Positions 17,587-27,478 are shown, numbered from the stretch's first letter. The stretch: DNA of 64,000 nucleotides from Vicinamibacterales bacterium (GCA_958296065.1 CATQHX010000002.1:11761-75760); one strand, 5' to 3'. Numbers and translations are program-made. Notes: a model not told the origin generated them from the letters alone.

Positions 17587-18607
17587 TGGCGCGCAGCGCT
17601 TCGACGGAGTCGGCTTGATTGATGGCCGTCCGCAACTGCGAGCCGCCGTGGAGGCCCTTCGTGTACCAGGAGCCGAGTGCCCGAAGCTTGTTGACGACCC
17701 ACCGTTCCCGGCTCCGCGCCGGCCTCGGAGGTCGCGACCGGGCCATGCCCGGCGCTCGGTGCCGGAACCCGCCCGTTTCGTCGAGTCCCTCTCGTAGCAG
17801 CAGGTCGATGTACTCGAGGAGGAAGCGGCCCCTCTCCGCGAGCGATATTTCGCGCACCTCCCTGCCCGCGGCGAGGGCAGCGGCCTGCTGGAAGATCCAC
17901 GGATTGCGCAGCGCGCCGCGGCCGACCAGGACGCCGGCTACTCCCGCTCGACTCCGCTCGACCATCTGCTGGGGGGTGACGCAATCGCCACTTCCCAGCA
18001 CCGGAATCGCAACCGCCGCCGCGACCGTGCTGATCAACTCCCAGTCGGAATCTCCGCTGTAGGACTGCTTGGCGGTACGCCCGTGCACAGCCACTGCCGC
18101 TGCTCCGGCGTCCTCCATCATGCGCGCCATCGACGGCGCATTGATGCTGGCGCCATCCCAGCCGGCGCGCATCTTGACCGTCACCGGAATGTCGACCGCA
18201 TCGGTCATCGCGCGGACAATCCGCGCGGCGTGCGCCGGCTCGCGCATCAGGCTGCACCCGGCGTTGTGCTTCGCGATCTTGGGTACCGGACAGCCCATGT
18301 TGACGTCGACGATGTCCGCCTTCATCGTCTCCACGACCTGCGCCGCCGCGGCCATCTTGCCGGGATCGCCGCCGAAGATCTGGATCGAGACCGGTCGCTC
18401 GGCTTCGGTGTACTCCGCGTACTCAAGGGTGCGATCGATGCCGCGTACCAGTCCTTCCGAGCTGACCATCTCCGTCACCACGAGGCCGCAGCCCCCACGT
18501 GCCTTCACGAGGCGGCGGAAGGCCGTGTCGGTCATGCCGGCCATGGGGGCGAGCGCGTAGCGGTGATCGAGAGCGACGGAGCCTATTCGCATGGAGCCCG
18601 GATCCAT
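17540..18607 (-). CDS. dusB: tRNA-dihydrouridine synthase (DusB-like)
   Basis: LAPMAGMTDTAFRRL and DVNMGCPV motifs, TIM-barrel length. Start at ATG 18607 (alternative 18592); the upstream part of the track ORF is Arg/Gly-rich junk. Confidence 0.88.
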   Translation of the reverse strand: MDPGSMRIGSVALDHRYALAPMAGMTDTAFRRLVKARGGCGLVVTEMVSSEGLVRGIDRTLEYAEYTEAERPVSIQIFGGDPGKMAAAAQVVETMKADIVDVNMGCPVPKIAKHNAGCSLMREPAHAARIVRAMTDAVDIPVTVKMRAGWDGASINAPSMARMMEDAGAAAVAVHGRTAKQSYSGDSDWELISTVAAAVAIPVLGSGDCVTPQQMVERSRAGVAGVLVGRGALRNPWIFQQAAALAAGREVREISLAERGRFLLEYIDLLLREGLDETGGFRHRAPGMARSRPPRPARSRERWVVNKLRALGSWYTKGLHGGSQLRTAINQADSVEALRAIVSSHFLELVGDALA

Positions 18608-18792
18608 TCTAGTGCGCGGGCCGGTCGCGTGTTCCGACCGCCGCCGGGCTCGGCATCGGGGGACCGCGCATCCGCCACGCCCGCCCTCAGAAGACAATGG
18701 CGCGGGGCCGACGGCTGCCGCCGACCCCGCGCCAGAGCACCTGACGGTGCGCGCCAACAATTCGCTAGCGACGATCTACCTGCAACGCTGCG

Positions 18793-21168
18793 TCACTGAG
18801 CAACCCGATCGGAAACCGCCGCGGCTGCGTAGGCGCTGACGGTCATCACCGCGGGAGCGGCGTCCGCCGGGTGATGCGGGGAAGTCACGCTGGCCCAGGC
18901 CCCCTGCGCCAGCGCCCGGATCGTCGCCAGGCTGGCGTCGGGAACCGCAACCTTGAAGGTCAGGTACCGGCCCGCCATATCGGCGTCGACGAACGTTGCG
19001 CGCAGCAGAAAACGGTTGCTTCCCCACAATCCGGAGCCGTCATCCGGCATCGCCGCCCGGATACCGTTGGCCTGGCTGTCGTAGCCTGACCAGGTGATGA
19101 CGATGGGCTCGCCCGGCTGCGCATCCTCGACGTACGCCAGACCCGACGGTGAAGCCACCCGCGATTTCACGGTCAGCGTCCCGGTCGTCTCGTCGAGCGC
19201 TACGAACTCGCCATCCCAGCGATACGTGGCGCCCGGCAATGGCGCCGGACGACGCTCGGGGGACGGGACGTACGCTTCGACCGACAGCATCGCCGCGGCA
19301 GCATCCGCCGGGTGGTGCGGCGACCGCACGCTCGCCCAGGAACCCCGCGTCAGCGCCCGCACCGTGTCCAGGCTTGCCTTGGGGACCTGCGCCTTGAAGG
19401 TCAGATAGCGACCCGCCGCATCGGTTTCCACGAACGTCGCGCGCAGCAGAAAACGATTGCTTCCCCACAGTCCCGAGCCGTCATCCGGCGCGACGGCCCG
19501 AATGCCGCTCGCACGGCTCTCGTAACCCGACCAGGTGATGACGATGGACTCTCCCGACTCTGTGTCCGCAACCGTCGCCAGACCCGACGGCGAGACCACC
19601 CGGGACTTCACGGTCAGCGTTCCCGTCGCCTCGTCGAGGGAGACCAACTCGCCATCCCAACGGTAGGTGGCTCCCGGCAACGGCGCCGGCCGGCGTTCCC
19701 GCATCGGGACGTAAGCGTCCACCGACAGCACAGCGGCGGCCGCATCCGCCGGGTGGTGCGGTGAGCGCACGCTCGCCCAGGAGCCGCGCGTCAGTGCCCG
19801 CACCGTCGCCACGCTCTCGTTGGGAACGGCCGTCTTGAAAGTCAGGTAGCGGTTCTCCGCATCGGTTTCGACGAACGCGGCTCGCAACAGGAAGCGGTTG
19901 CTTCCCCACAGACCCGATCCGTCGTCCGGCATCGCTGCCCGGATACCGCTCGCGCGACTCTTGTAGCCCGACCAGTTGATCACGATGGGATCACCGGTCT
20001 CGGCCCCCGCCACCGCGGCCAGACCCGACGGCGACGCCACGCGCGACTTCACCGTCAACATGCCCGTCGCCTCGTCGAGCGAAACCAGCTCCCCATCCCA
20101 CCGGTAGCTCGCACCCGGCAACGGCACCGGACGACGCTCCCGCGACGCGACGTAGGCATCGACCGACAGCACCGCGGGAAACCCGTCGGCCGGGTGGTGC
20201 GGCGACATGACGCTGGCCCAGGAGCCGCGCGTCAACGCCCGCACCGTCGCCAGGCTCTTCTTCGGGAGCATGGTCTCAAAGGTAAGGTAGCGGGCCGTCG
20301 CATCGATTTCGACGAACTCCGCCCGGAGCAGGAAGCGGTTGCTCCCCCACAGGCCGGATCCATCGTCGACCGTCGCTGACCGGATGCCGCTTGCACGACT
20401 GTCGAACCCTGACCACGTGATGACGATGGGATCGCCCGCCTCGGCCCCGGCGACCTTCGAAAGGCCCGACGGCGATGCCACGCGCGACTTCACCGTCAGT
20501 GCACCGGTCGCCTCGTCCAGCGCCACCAGCTCGCCCTGCCAGCGGTAGGTTGCTCCCCGGTGCGGCGCCGCCCGGTGCTCATGCGACGGGCTGTAGGCGT
20601 CGACGGCAATCAGCGCCGCATCCGGCCGGGCCGGTGGATGCGCCGCGGTCGCAGTGACCCACGCGCCGCGCGTCAGCGCCCGCACCGTACCCAGGCTCTC
20701 CGCCGGCACTGCGACCTCGAACGTGAGGTTGCCGCCGTCCGCATCCAGGGCCACGAAGATCGCCCGCAGAAGAAAGTCCTGAGCCTCTTCATCGGTGGTC
20801 GTCGCGAATTCGACCGTTTGCGGCTCGGCGGGCGCCTCGTGATCCGCATCGTCGTCGCGCATCACGGCTCGAATCGCGCCTGCCTTTCCGTCGAAGCCCG
20901 ACCAGGCGATGACGATTGGATCGCCCGCGTCGAGGTCGACCATCGCGTCCTGCCCAGCCGGCGCAACCACCGGCGCAGTGAGCGTCACCGTGCCCGCGGC
21001 CTCGTCGAGCGCCACCAGCTCGCCATCCCACCGGTAGGTGTCCTCGGTCGCCAGCGCAGCCGGCGCGGTCGCCGCCGCGCCGACCACACACGCCAGGACG
21101 GCACACCACCATCGGATCGTGCGCACCGGATTGGACCTCCCTCGCCGAGCTGCCGTCTCGTTCAGCAT
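18793..21168 (-). CDS. Secreted hypothetical protein composed of five ~147-aa tandem repeats
   Basis: Start ATG 21168 preceded by AGGAG. Signal-like RTIRWWCAVLACVVGAAATAPAALA. Five units each open with [TS]YRW[DQ]GE and contain WSG[FY], GSGLWGSNRFLLRA and SPHHPAD. Codon usage fits this frame. Confidence 0.75.
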   Translation of the reverse strand: MLNETAARRGRSNPVRTIRWWCAVLACVVGAAATAPAALATEDTYRWDGELVALDEAAGTVTLTAPVVAPAGQDAMVDLDAGDPIVIAWSGFDGKAGAIRAVMRDDDADHEAPAEPQTVEFATTTDEEAQDFLLRAIFVALDADGGNLTFEVAVPAESLGTVRALTRGAWVTATAAHPPARPDAALIAVDAYSPSHEHRAAPHRGATYRWQGELVALDEATGALTVKSRVASPSGLSKVAGAEAGDPIVITWSGFDSRASGIRSATVDDGSGLWGSNRFLLRAEFVEIDATARYLTFETMLPKKSLATVRALTRGSWASVMSPHHPADGFPAVLSVDAYVASRERRPVPLPGASYRWDGELVSLDEATGMLTVKSRVASPSGLAAVAGAETGDPIVINWSGYKSRASGIRAAMPDDGSGLWGSNRFLLRAAFVETDAENRYLTFKTAVPNESVATVRALTRGSWASVRSPHHPADAAAAVLSVDAYVPMRERRPAPLPGATYRWDGELVSLDEATGTLTVKSRVVSPSGLATVADTESGESIVITWSGYESRASGIRAVAPDDGSGLWGSNRFLLRATFVETDAAGRYLTFKAQVPKASLDTVRALTRGSWASVRSPHHPADAAAAMLSVEAYVPSPERRPAPLPGATYRWDGEFVALDETTGTLTVKSRVASPSGLAYVEDAQPGEPIVITWSGYDSQANGIRAAMPDDGSGLWGSNRFLLRATFVDADMAGRYLTFKVAVPDASLATIRALAQGAWASVTSPHHPADAAPAVMTVSAYAAAAVSDRVAQ
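18796..21039 (-). repeat. Five tandem coding repeats; the last four units have an exact 441-bp period
   Basis: Unit starts (minus strand) at 21039, 20550, 20109, 19668 and 19227. Units 3-5 are about 75-85% identical at protein level by manual alignment. Confidence 0.85.
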
Positions 21169-21431
21169 CCCACTACTCCTTGAATCGCCACCGCAGAACC
21201 GAATCGCTGCCGCGTAGCGCATGGCAAGCCCTCCAGCGTTCGTCGGGCGGCCTTCCCCGCGTAGGGGGAATGACGCCAAACGCCGGCCTGGCAGGTCCGC
21301 AAGCGGACCCGCGCTTCATCAACGCGCCGCTCCTCAACACCTTGTTGAGCGACGCACGCCGACTGAAGACTGGCTTGGGAGTAGCCGTCTACTTGGAAGG
21401 GTGGGCATTTGACCGGCTGCCCGCTACGAGC

Positions 21432-21460
21432 ATTATGGTCGGGTCAGCTGCCGCGGTCAA
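21432..21460 (-). promoter_or_regulatory. Near-consensus sigma-70 promoter TTGACC-17-CATAAT facing the repeat-protein gene
   Basis: -35 at 21460-21455, 17-nt spacer, -10 at 21437-21432 (minus strand). Implies a ~255-nt leader. Confidence 0.5.
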
Positions 21461-21540
21461 GCGAAAAGTACCGGGCGGCCGCAGAAACATCGCCACCGCA
21501 ACCTGGCGGATCGGCTGGCCGCGAGATCGGGCCGGTCGTC

Positions 21541-21568
21541 TTGACAATATCCGGGGCAGGTTTATAAT
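21541..21568 (+). promoter_or_regulatory. Near-consensus sigma-70 promoter TTGACA-16-TATAAT
   Basis: Perfect -35 (21541-21546) and perfect -10 (21563-21568) in an otherwise GC-rich region, ~190 nt upstream of the 21763 ATG. Confidence 0.55.
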
Positions 21569-21762
21569 GAGGTCACTGCCAGATCGCTGGCGGCCCACCT
21601 TCCCCAAGGACGGCTGCTCCCAAGCCGTTAGGGGTGCTCCGATTTCGAAGCTTGTAGTGTTTCTGGCGCCCGGGCACCCCCGGCCTAGCATGGCGGGGGC
21701 CACGGAGGCACCGTACCAGCCAACCGGCGGGCGCCGTCGTCCAACCCATCAGGAGGGCAACG

Positions 21763-22704
21763 ATGTCGACCAAACCGCCAGCAGATCCGCCAATGGACCG
21801 AAGCACCACCCCTGTGCGTCCTGCAGCCGCTCCCGCGCCGCGAAAGCCTGCCACGCCACCGCCGCAGAAGTCGGGTTTTCAGCGGTTCGTGCTCCAGTTC
21901 CTGCTGCTGGTAATCGCCCTCGGCGGAGCCTTCGGGACCGGCTACCTGGCCAACGCCAACGAGATGCAGCTCAATCGAAACGACTTGTTGCAGCAGCAGT
22001 TGGATTCGCAGGAGAGAATTCTGGCCCTCGAGCAGCAGATTGCCGAGCTTCAGGAAAGACGCGAGAGCGGCAACCGCGTGGAGCTGGATCTGACCGAGGT
22101 GTTCGAGCCGATCCGCGAGGCGGTCGGACGCATTGCACTGGTTCGGATGGGTGAGATCTCGCGGGAGATCACAACGGAGCTCACGCGGCTGGTGGAAGAC
22201 GACCTCCCGTCGCTCGACGATCCGACAAGCGCGACCGGGGCCGTGGCCCCCGGCGGGACGACGGGCGGGAACGCGGTATCCGAGCAGGCAGGGCCGGAGG
22301 CCGCCTCGGCCACCGATGAAACGGAGGTGCCACAGAGCGCCGCCGGGCCGAACCCGCTCCAGCCGAGCAGCGCGGCCCTTGACGCCGCGGGGATGCCTGC
22401 CCGGCTCGAGAGCCCCGAACTGATCAGCGAGGCCAATGACGATATCGCGCCGGATGCAGCAGCGACGGCGTCGAGCTCGTCACCCGTGAACGAGCTGCCG
22501 GCGGCGGCAATCGAGCTGCCGGCGACCGACGGAGAGGCAGTCTCGCAGGAAGCAGCACGACATGAAGCTCCGGACTCGACCGCCGGGAGGTCGGGAATCG
22601 TGAACGCCGATGGCGCCACTCCCCGCGAAACCGCGGTCGTGGCCGAACTGGGCTCGCCGAGCCCGTCAAGCTCGCCCGTCGGCGTGCCGCCCAACGAACC
22701 CTGA
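21763..22704 (+). CDS. Hypothetical membrane-anchored coiled-coil protein with acidic/low-complexity tail
   Basis: AGGAGG SD 7 nt upstream. Pro-rich N-terminus, TM FVLQFLLLVIALGGAFGTGYL, heptad-like LLQQQLDSQERILALEQQIAELQERRE. No recognisable family. Confidence 0.6.
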   Translation: MSTKPPADPPMDRSTTPVRPAAAPAPRKPATPPPQKSGFQRFVLQFLLLVIALGGAFGTGYLANANEMQLNRNDLLQQQLDSQERILALEQQIAELQERRESGNRVELDLTEVFEPIREAVGRIALVRMGEISREITTELTRLVEDDLPSLDDPTSATGAVAPGGTTGGNAVSEQAGPEAASATDETEVPQSAAGPNPLQPSSAALDAAGMPARLESPELISEANDDIAPDAAATASSSSPVNELPAAAIELPATDGEAVSQEAARHEAPDSTAGRSGIVNADGATPRETAVVAELGSPSPSSSPVGVPPNEP

Positions 22705-22735
22705 CCTGACGTTCACGCTTTCGCCATCCGACGGA

Positions 22736-22775
22736 AGGCCGAGGCTCACGGACATTGCAGCCGTGAGCCTCGCCT
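22736..22775. terminator. Bidirectional stem-loop between convergent genes
   Basis: AGGCCGAGGCTCACGG / loop ACATTGCAG / CCGTGAGCCTCGCCT: ~15-bp stem with one bulge. No U-tract. Confidence 0.5.
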
Positions 22776-22827
22776 ACCGGCCCCCCCGCAAACCCGCCTC
22801 CGATTCGATTCCCCCATCACAGAGCGA

Positions 22828-23979
22828 TCACTCGCCGCCAGCCGCGAGTCGTGCCGCCCGTACTTCCTCGTAGGACTCGAATGCCTGCTTGAGTCGATCG
22901 TTCCTCCACTCGAAGTCGGCTTCGGTGCGCAACCGATCGAGGTACCGACCGTACTCGGCCATGCGTCGGTCGTTGAACACGTTCTCGGAAATCTGCTCGC
23001 GGACCTCCTCGAACGGCCTTGGTTCCGGCTCGGTCCGCGCTTCGAGCCTCAGGACCTGGTACCCGAGCGGGGTGCGGATTGGCTCGGACATGTCACCCAC
23101 CTCGAGTTCGGCCAGCACGTCCAGCAGGGTGCTGCTCAGCAGCGAGAGCTCGATGGGGCCGATCAGACCTCCGTTCGCCTTGGACGCAGCGTCGGAAGCC
23201 GCCACCGCGACCAGCTCGAAGTCCTCGCCGTCGATCACCCTCTGTCGCGCCTCTTCCGCGTCCGCCCGTGCCATGTCGTCGGCCGCTACGCCGACGCCGC
23301 CCAGTCCTTCGCGCAACCGAACCAGGATCTCGCGCATGGTGACTGTTGCCGGCTCGGTGTACTGCTCGACGTTGGCCTCGTAGTACTCGCGCGCCTCTAC
23401 CTCGGTGAGCGTGACCGATCCGAGCACCTCGATCTGCTGGACCTGGTTGATCAGGATCTGGCGTTCCATCACGCGCCGCAGATCTTCGATGGTCATGCCC
23501 TCCCCTTGCTGAAGGGCCTGCCGGAACTCCTCCTCGGTCTCGAACCCGTTCTCGGTCATCAGCTCGCCGAGGATCTCATCGAATTGCTCGTCCGTAAACT
23601 GGTAGCCGAGCTCCCGCGCCCGCTGCATCAGCAACAGCTCGTCGACGGCGCCCGAGATCACCTCCGGGGTCACCTCCTCGAGCGCGCGGGCGAGCTCCGC
23701 ATCGTTGCGCAACTGGATTCCGCGTTGCTGTAACAGGCCGATCTGACGCTCTTCCAGCTCCGTCTGCGTGATGATGTCGCCGTTCACCTTGACGAGAATC
23801 TGCTGGAGGATCTCGCCCTGTGCGTCCTGCGGGGACGTACCGCCCAGCAACTGGGCCGGCGCGGGAGCGGCGACCAGCACACAGGCGCCACTCAGGACGA
23901 CCCACCGCAGACATTCCTTCCACGTGTCTTGTCTCATCGTGTCCCTCTCCGCCAAGCGTCGCCGCCAGTGTAACGTCAT
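22828..23979 (-). CDS. Periplasmic peptidyl-prolyl isomerase, SurA/PpiD-like (parvulin domain)
   Basis: Signal-like WVVLSGACVLVAAPAPAQ, SurA_N-like chaperone region, parvulin-like VTMREILVRL...GGLIGPIE...GYQVLRLE. ATG 23979 overlaps the mfd stop (ATGA); alternative ATG at 23937. Confidence 0.8.
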   Translation of the reverse strand: MTLHWRRRLAERDTMRQDTWKECLRWVVLSGACVLVAAPAPAQLLGGTSPQDAQGEILQQILVKVNGDIITQTELEERQIGLLQQRGIQLRNDAELARALEEVTPEVISGAVDELLLMQRARELGYQFTDEQFDEILGELMTENGFETEEEFRQALQQGEGMTIEDLRRVMERQILINQVQQIEVLGSVTLTEVEAREYYEANVEQYTEPATVTMREILVRLREGLGGVGVAADDMARADAEEARQRVIDGEDFELVAVAASDAASKANGGLIGPIELSLLSSTLLDVLAELEVGDMSEPIRTPLGYQVLRLEARTEPEPRPFEEVREQISENVFNDRRMAEYGRYLDRLRTEADFEWRNDRLKQAFESYEEVRAARLAAGGE

Positions 23980-26900
23980 CCGGCCCCTCCGAGCCCGTCC
24001 AGCCAGGCATTGACGCGCGCCAACAGGTCGAGGTCGCGCGCCACCGCTGAAGAAACGCTCCCGCGCCCTTCACCGCCGGAGCCGCCGGCGATGGCTTCCA
24101 GGTCCAGGCGTACGACGCCGGCCGGGGTGAGCCCGACCCCCGGACGCGAACGTACGAACTCGACAAGGCGGCCCGGATCGATCGGGGCGTCCTCACTGAA
24201 CCTTATGACGAGGCGCGACGCTTCGCGGTCGATCGACTCCACCCCGATGCCGCTCGCGCGCACCCGTACGCGGCCGTACTCCGCGAGACGGACGAGCGAG
24301 GGATGCAGCGGTCCGTAGCGGTCGGCGACCTCGTCGAGCGCGGCTGCCAGGGCCGGCTCGTCTGCGGCCGTGGCGATCTTGCGGTAGACCGCCAGCCGCT
24401 GATCGGTCTCCGTCACATAGCCCTCGTCGAGTCGCAGGTCCACGCCGAGATTGACACGCGCCTTGCGCTCGTCCCGCACCTCCTCGCCCTGCAGCTCGCG
24501 CGCCGTCTGTTCGAGCAACTTCACGTACATGTCGAAGCCGATCGCCTCGATGTGCCCGCTCTGCTGTGCGCCCAACAGATTCCCGGCGCCCCGGATCTCC
24601 AGGTCGAGGGCCGCTACCCGAAAGCCGCTGCCGAGATCGCTGAACTCCCGAATGGCAGCCAGCCGCTGTCGCGCCACCGGCGAGAGCGCGTTGTCTGCCG
24701 GAACGACCAGATAGGCGTAGGCACGCCGATCGGAGCGTCCGACGCGGCCGCGCAACTGGTATAGCTGGGCCAGCCCGTAGCGCTCAGCGTGGTTGACGAT
24801 AATCGTGTTCACGTTGGGGATGTCGAGACCGTTCTCGATGATCGTGGTGGCGACGAGGATGTCGTACTCATGGGCCACAAAGGCGATCATCGTCTTCTCC
24901 AACGCCACCTCGCTCGTCTGGCCGTGGGCAACCGCGAGCCGCGCCTCGGGGACGAGTCGTCCAATCAGCCCGGCGATGGAATCGATGGACTCTACGCGGT
25001 TGTGGACCACGTAGATCTGACCGCCACGGCCGAGCTCGGTGCGGATGGCCCGCGCGATCACCTGCGGGTCGAAACGCACGACGCTGGTCTGGATCGCCAT
25101 CCGGTCCTTCGGCGGCGTCTCGATGACCGACATCTCGCGGATCCCGGCCAGCGACATGTTCAGGGTGCGGGGAATCGGCGTTGCGGTCAGGGTCAGCACG
25201 TCGACCTGCCGTCGCATCTGCTTGATGCGCTCCTTGTGGGCCACACCGAAGCGCTGCTCCTCGTCAACGATCAGCAGACCGAAGTCGCGGAACTTCACGT
25301 CCTTCGACAGCAGCCGATGGGTGCCGACGACCAGATCCACCTTGCCGGCCGCGAGGTCCGCGAGCAGCGTCTTCTGCTCGGCGCGGCCCAGAAAACGGCT
25401 CAGGACCGCGACACGGACCGGGAAGGCGGCGAAACGCTCCCGGATCGTCTCGCCGTGCTGGAAGGCGAGGACCGTGGTCGGTGTGAGCACCGCCACCTGC
25501 TTGCCGTCCATCAGCGCCTTGAACCCAGCCCGCAGCGCAACCTCGGTCTTGCCGTAACCGACGTCGCCGCAAAGGAGTCGGTCCATCGTCGATGGCCGCT
25601 CCATGTCTCGCTTGATGTCCGTCAGGGCCGTCCGCTGATCGGGCGTCAGCTCGTACTCGAAGGTTGCCTCGAATTCCCGTTGCCAGTGCGTGTCGGGGCT
25701 GAACGCGTGGCCGGGCAGCGCCTGTCGCGACGCGTACAGCTTGAGCAGCTCCTCCGTCATGTCGCGCATCGACTTCCGGACGCGCGTCTTGGTCTTGGCC
25801 CAGGTCGTTCCACCCAGCCGATCGAGATTCGGATGCGCGGCGCCGCTGTACTTCTGCAGCAGCTCGAGCTGCTCCACCGGGACGAACAACTTGTCGCCGC
25901 GCGCGTAACGAAGCTCCACGAACTCGTGCCGGCCCCGGGTCTCCGGGACCGTGATCTGCCGCAACCCGACGAACTCGCCGACCCCGTGGTCGACATGGAC
26001 CACGTGATCGCCGACCTTCAAGTCGCGGAAGTCGGACAGGAAGGACTTCGCCACCGACCGCCGCTGATGGCGGACGATATGTTCGGCCTCGAAGAGATCG
26101 GTTTCGGCGTATATCTGCAATCGGGCGGCAGGGAGCCGGAATCCCCGGGAGAGGATGCCGGTAGCCACCAGGACCGTTGCGGAAGCGGTTTCCTCGGCCC
26201 CCTCGAGCGGCACGCCGACCAGACTGTGCTCGGCCAGCAGTTCCACGATACGCTCGGCGCGCCCGGCGGTTTCCGCCACGAAGACCTGCACGTCCTGCCG
26301 TTCCCGGCCCCGCTCCACTTCGGCTACCCAGTCGCCGAGCCGGCCGCGGAACTCCATCGCCGGTTGGCAGGCCACGTGCCGGTGGCCGGCGTCTTCCGTA
26401 TCCGTCGGCGGGATCTCGTCAATCTCCAGTGTGTCGAGCGTGGTGGCACCGGCAAACCAGGCGGCCGCCTCCTCGTCGTCCACCTGCAGCGTGGCGGGGT
26501 GCGGAGCCGGATCGTCGCGGGCGACGGCATCCTCGTAGCTCACGCTTACCTGCTCCACCGCGTTCCGCAGGCGATCCGTCGTCTCCGCCGGTTGCGTGAC
26601 GACGAAACGAGCGCCGGAGCGCCGCACGTAGTCGTTGAAGGTCGCCGTGCGGTCTGCCGCCGGCTCGTCCTCCGCCGAGTCGCCGTCGCGCACAGCACGA
26701 TCGAGCCGATCCGTCAGCGGGCGGATCGATACGTGGTCGAGCGTGGCCACGGAGCGTTGCGTCGCGGGATCGAAGCGGCGGAGCGACTCGATGTTGTCGC
26801 CGACGAATTCCGCCCGGATCGGGAAAGCTTCGCCGGCCGGAAACACGTCGACGACGCCGCCGCGCCCGCAGAACTCGCCGTGGGCCTCAACCGGGTCGCT

Positions 26901-27437
26901 ACGGGAAAAACCGCCATCCACGAGCAGGTCGGCCAGGTCGGTAGGGGAACAGGATCCTCCGAGCCGCAGCTCGACGGCGGCGAGCAAGAGCCGCTCCGGC
27001 GGGCTGACGCGCGGCAACAACGATACGGCCGACGCCACCACTATCCGCGCATCGCCGAGGGCCAACCCCGCCAGTGCGCGCGCCCGGGAGGATGCGATGT
27101 CCAGGTGCGGCAGCATGCCCCGGTAGGGATCCACTTCCGGCGAGGGAAACGGGAGCACCACCCGCTCGACGTCGCTCCGGGGAAGTCCTTCGAGCGCGCC
27201 GAGAAAGAACCGGACGTCGGCAGTCATGCCATCGACATCCGCATCTCGCGGAACCACGAGGATCACCGGTCCGGGACCGGCAAGGATGGCCGTGGCCAAC
27301 GCTTGCGCCGGCGGGGTCAGGCCGCTGATCGACTCGCGGGAAAAGGACGAACCCCGCCCGAAGCCGGTCCGGGCGGCTGCCTCGTGGAGCAGGGCGCGAA
27401 GCGTCAGCGACGCAGTGGTCGACGGCACGAGGGTCAT
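23976..27437 (-). CDS. mfd: Transcription-repair coupling factor Mfd
   Basis: 1153 aa. CarD-like VGDHVVHVDHGVGEF, helicase motifs LLCGDVGYGKTEVA, DEEQRFGV and QLRGRVGRS, plus a TRCF C-terminal domain. Confidence 0.95.
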   Translation of the reverse strand: MTLVPSTTASLTLRALLHEAAARTGFGRGSSFSRESISGLTPPAQALATAILAGPGPVILVVPRDADVDGMTADVRFFLGALEGLPRSDVERVVLPFPSPEVDPYRGMLPHLDIASSRARALAGLALGDARIVVASAVSLLPRVSPPERLLLAAVELRLGGSCSPTDLADLLVDGGFSRSDPVEAHGEFCGRGGVVDVFPAGEAFPIRAEFVGDNIESLRRFDPATQRSVATLDHVSIRPLTDRLDRAVRDGDSAEDEPAADRTATFNDYVRRSGARFVVTQPAETTDRLRNAVEQVSVSYEDAVARDDPAPHPATLQVDDEEAAAWFAGATTLDTLEIDEIPPTDTEDAGHRHVACQPAMEFRGRLGDWVAEVERGRERQDVQVFVAETAGRAERIVELLAEHSLVGVPLEGAEETASATVLVATGILSRGFRLPAARLQIYAETDLFEAEHIVRHQRRSVAKSFLSDFRDLKVGDHVVHVDHGVGEFVGLRQITVPETRGRHEFVELRYARGDKLFVPVEQLELLQKYSGAAHPNLDRLGGTTWAKTKTRVRKSMRDMTEELLKLYASRQALPGHAFSPDTHWQREFEATFEYELTPDQRTALTDIKRDMERPSTMDRLLCGDVGYGKTEVALRAGFKALMDGKQVAVLTPTTVLAFQHGETIRERFAAFPVRVAVLSRFLGRAEQKTLLADLAAGKVDLVVGTHRLLSKDVKFRDFGLLIVDEEQRFGVAHKERIKQMRRQVDVLTLTATPIPRTLNMSLAGIREMSVIETPPKDRMAIQTSVVRFDPQVIARAIRTELGRGGQIYVVHNRVESIDSIAGLIGRLVPEARLAVAHGQTSEVALEKTMIAFVAHEYDILVATTIIENGLDIPNVNTIIVNHAERYGLAQLYQLRGRVGRSDRRAYAYLVVPADNALSPVARQRLAAIREFSDLGSGFRVAALDLEIRGAGNLLGAQQSGHIEAIGFDMYVKLLEQTARELQGEEVRDERKARVNLGVDLRLDEGYVTETDQRLAVYRKIATAADEPALAAALDEVADRYGPLHPSLVRLAEYGRVRVRASGIGVESIDREASRLVIRFSEDAPIDPGRLVEFVRSRPGVGLTPAGVVRLDLEAIAGGSGGEGRGSVSSAVARDLDLLARVNAWLDGLGGAG

Positions 27438-27478
27438 TGGCGGCCCAGCCTGGATGCCGAACCAGTGATTCTACATCC

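Noticed and set aside
18776-19909. Repeated alternative-frame ORFs starting MGKQ... (83, 142 and 142 aa) on the minus strand
   Set aside because: They recur only because the underlying DNA is tandemly repeated. They are off-frame within the repeat-protein CDS and are Arg/Gly-rich.
21180-22154. 324-aa plus-strand ORF spanning the divergent intergenic region
   Set aside because: It has Arg/Pro/Gly-rich composition, crosses both promoters and overlaps the SD-preceded 21763 gene out of frame.
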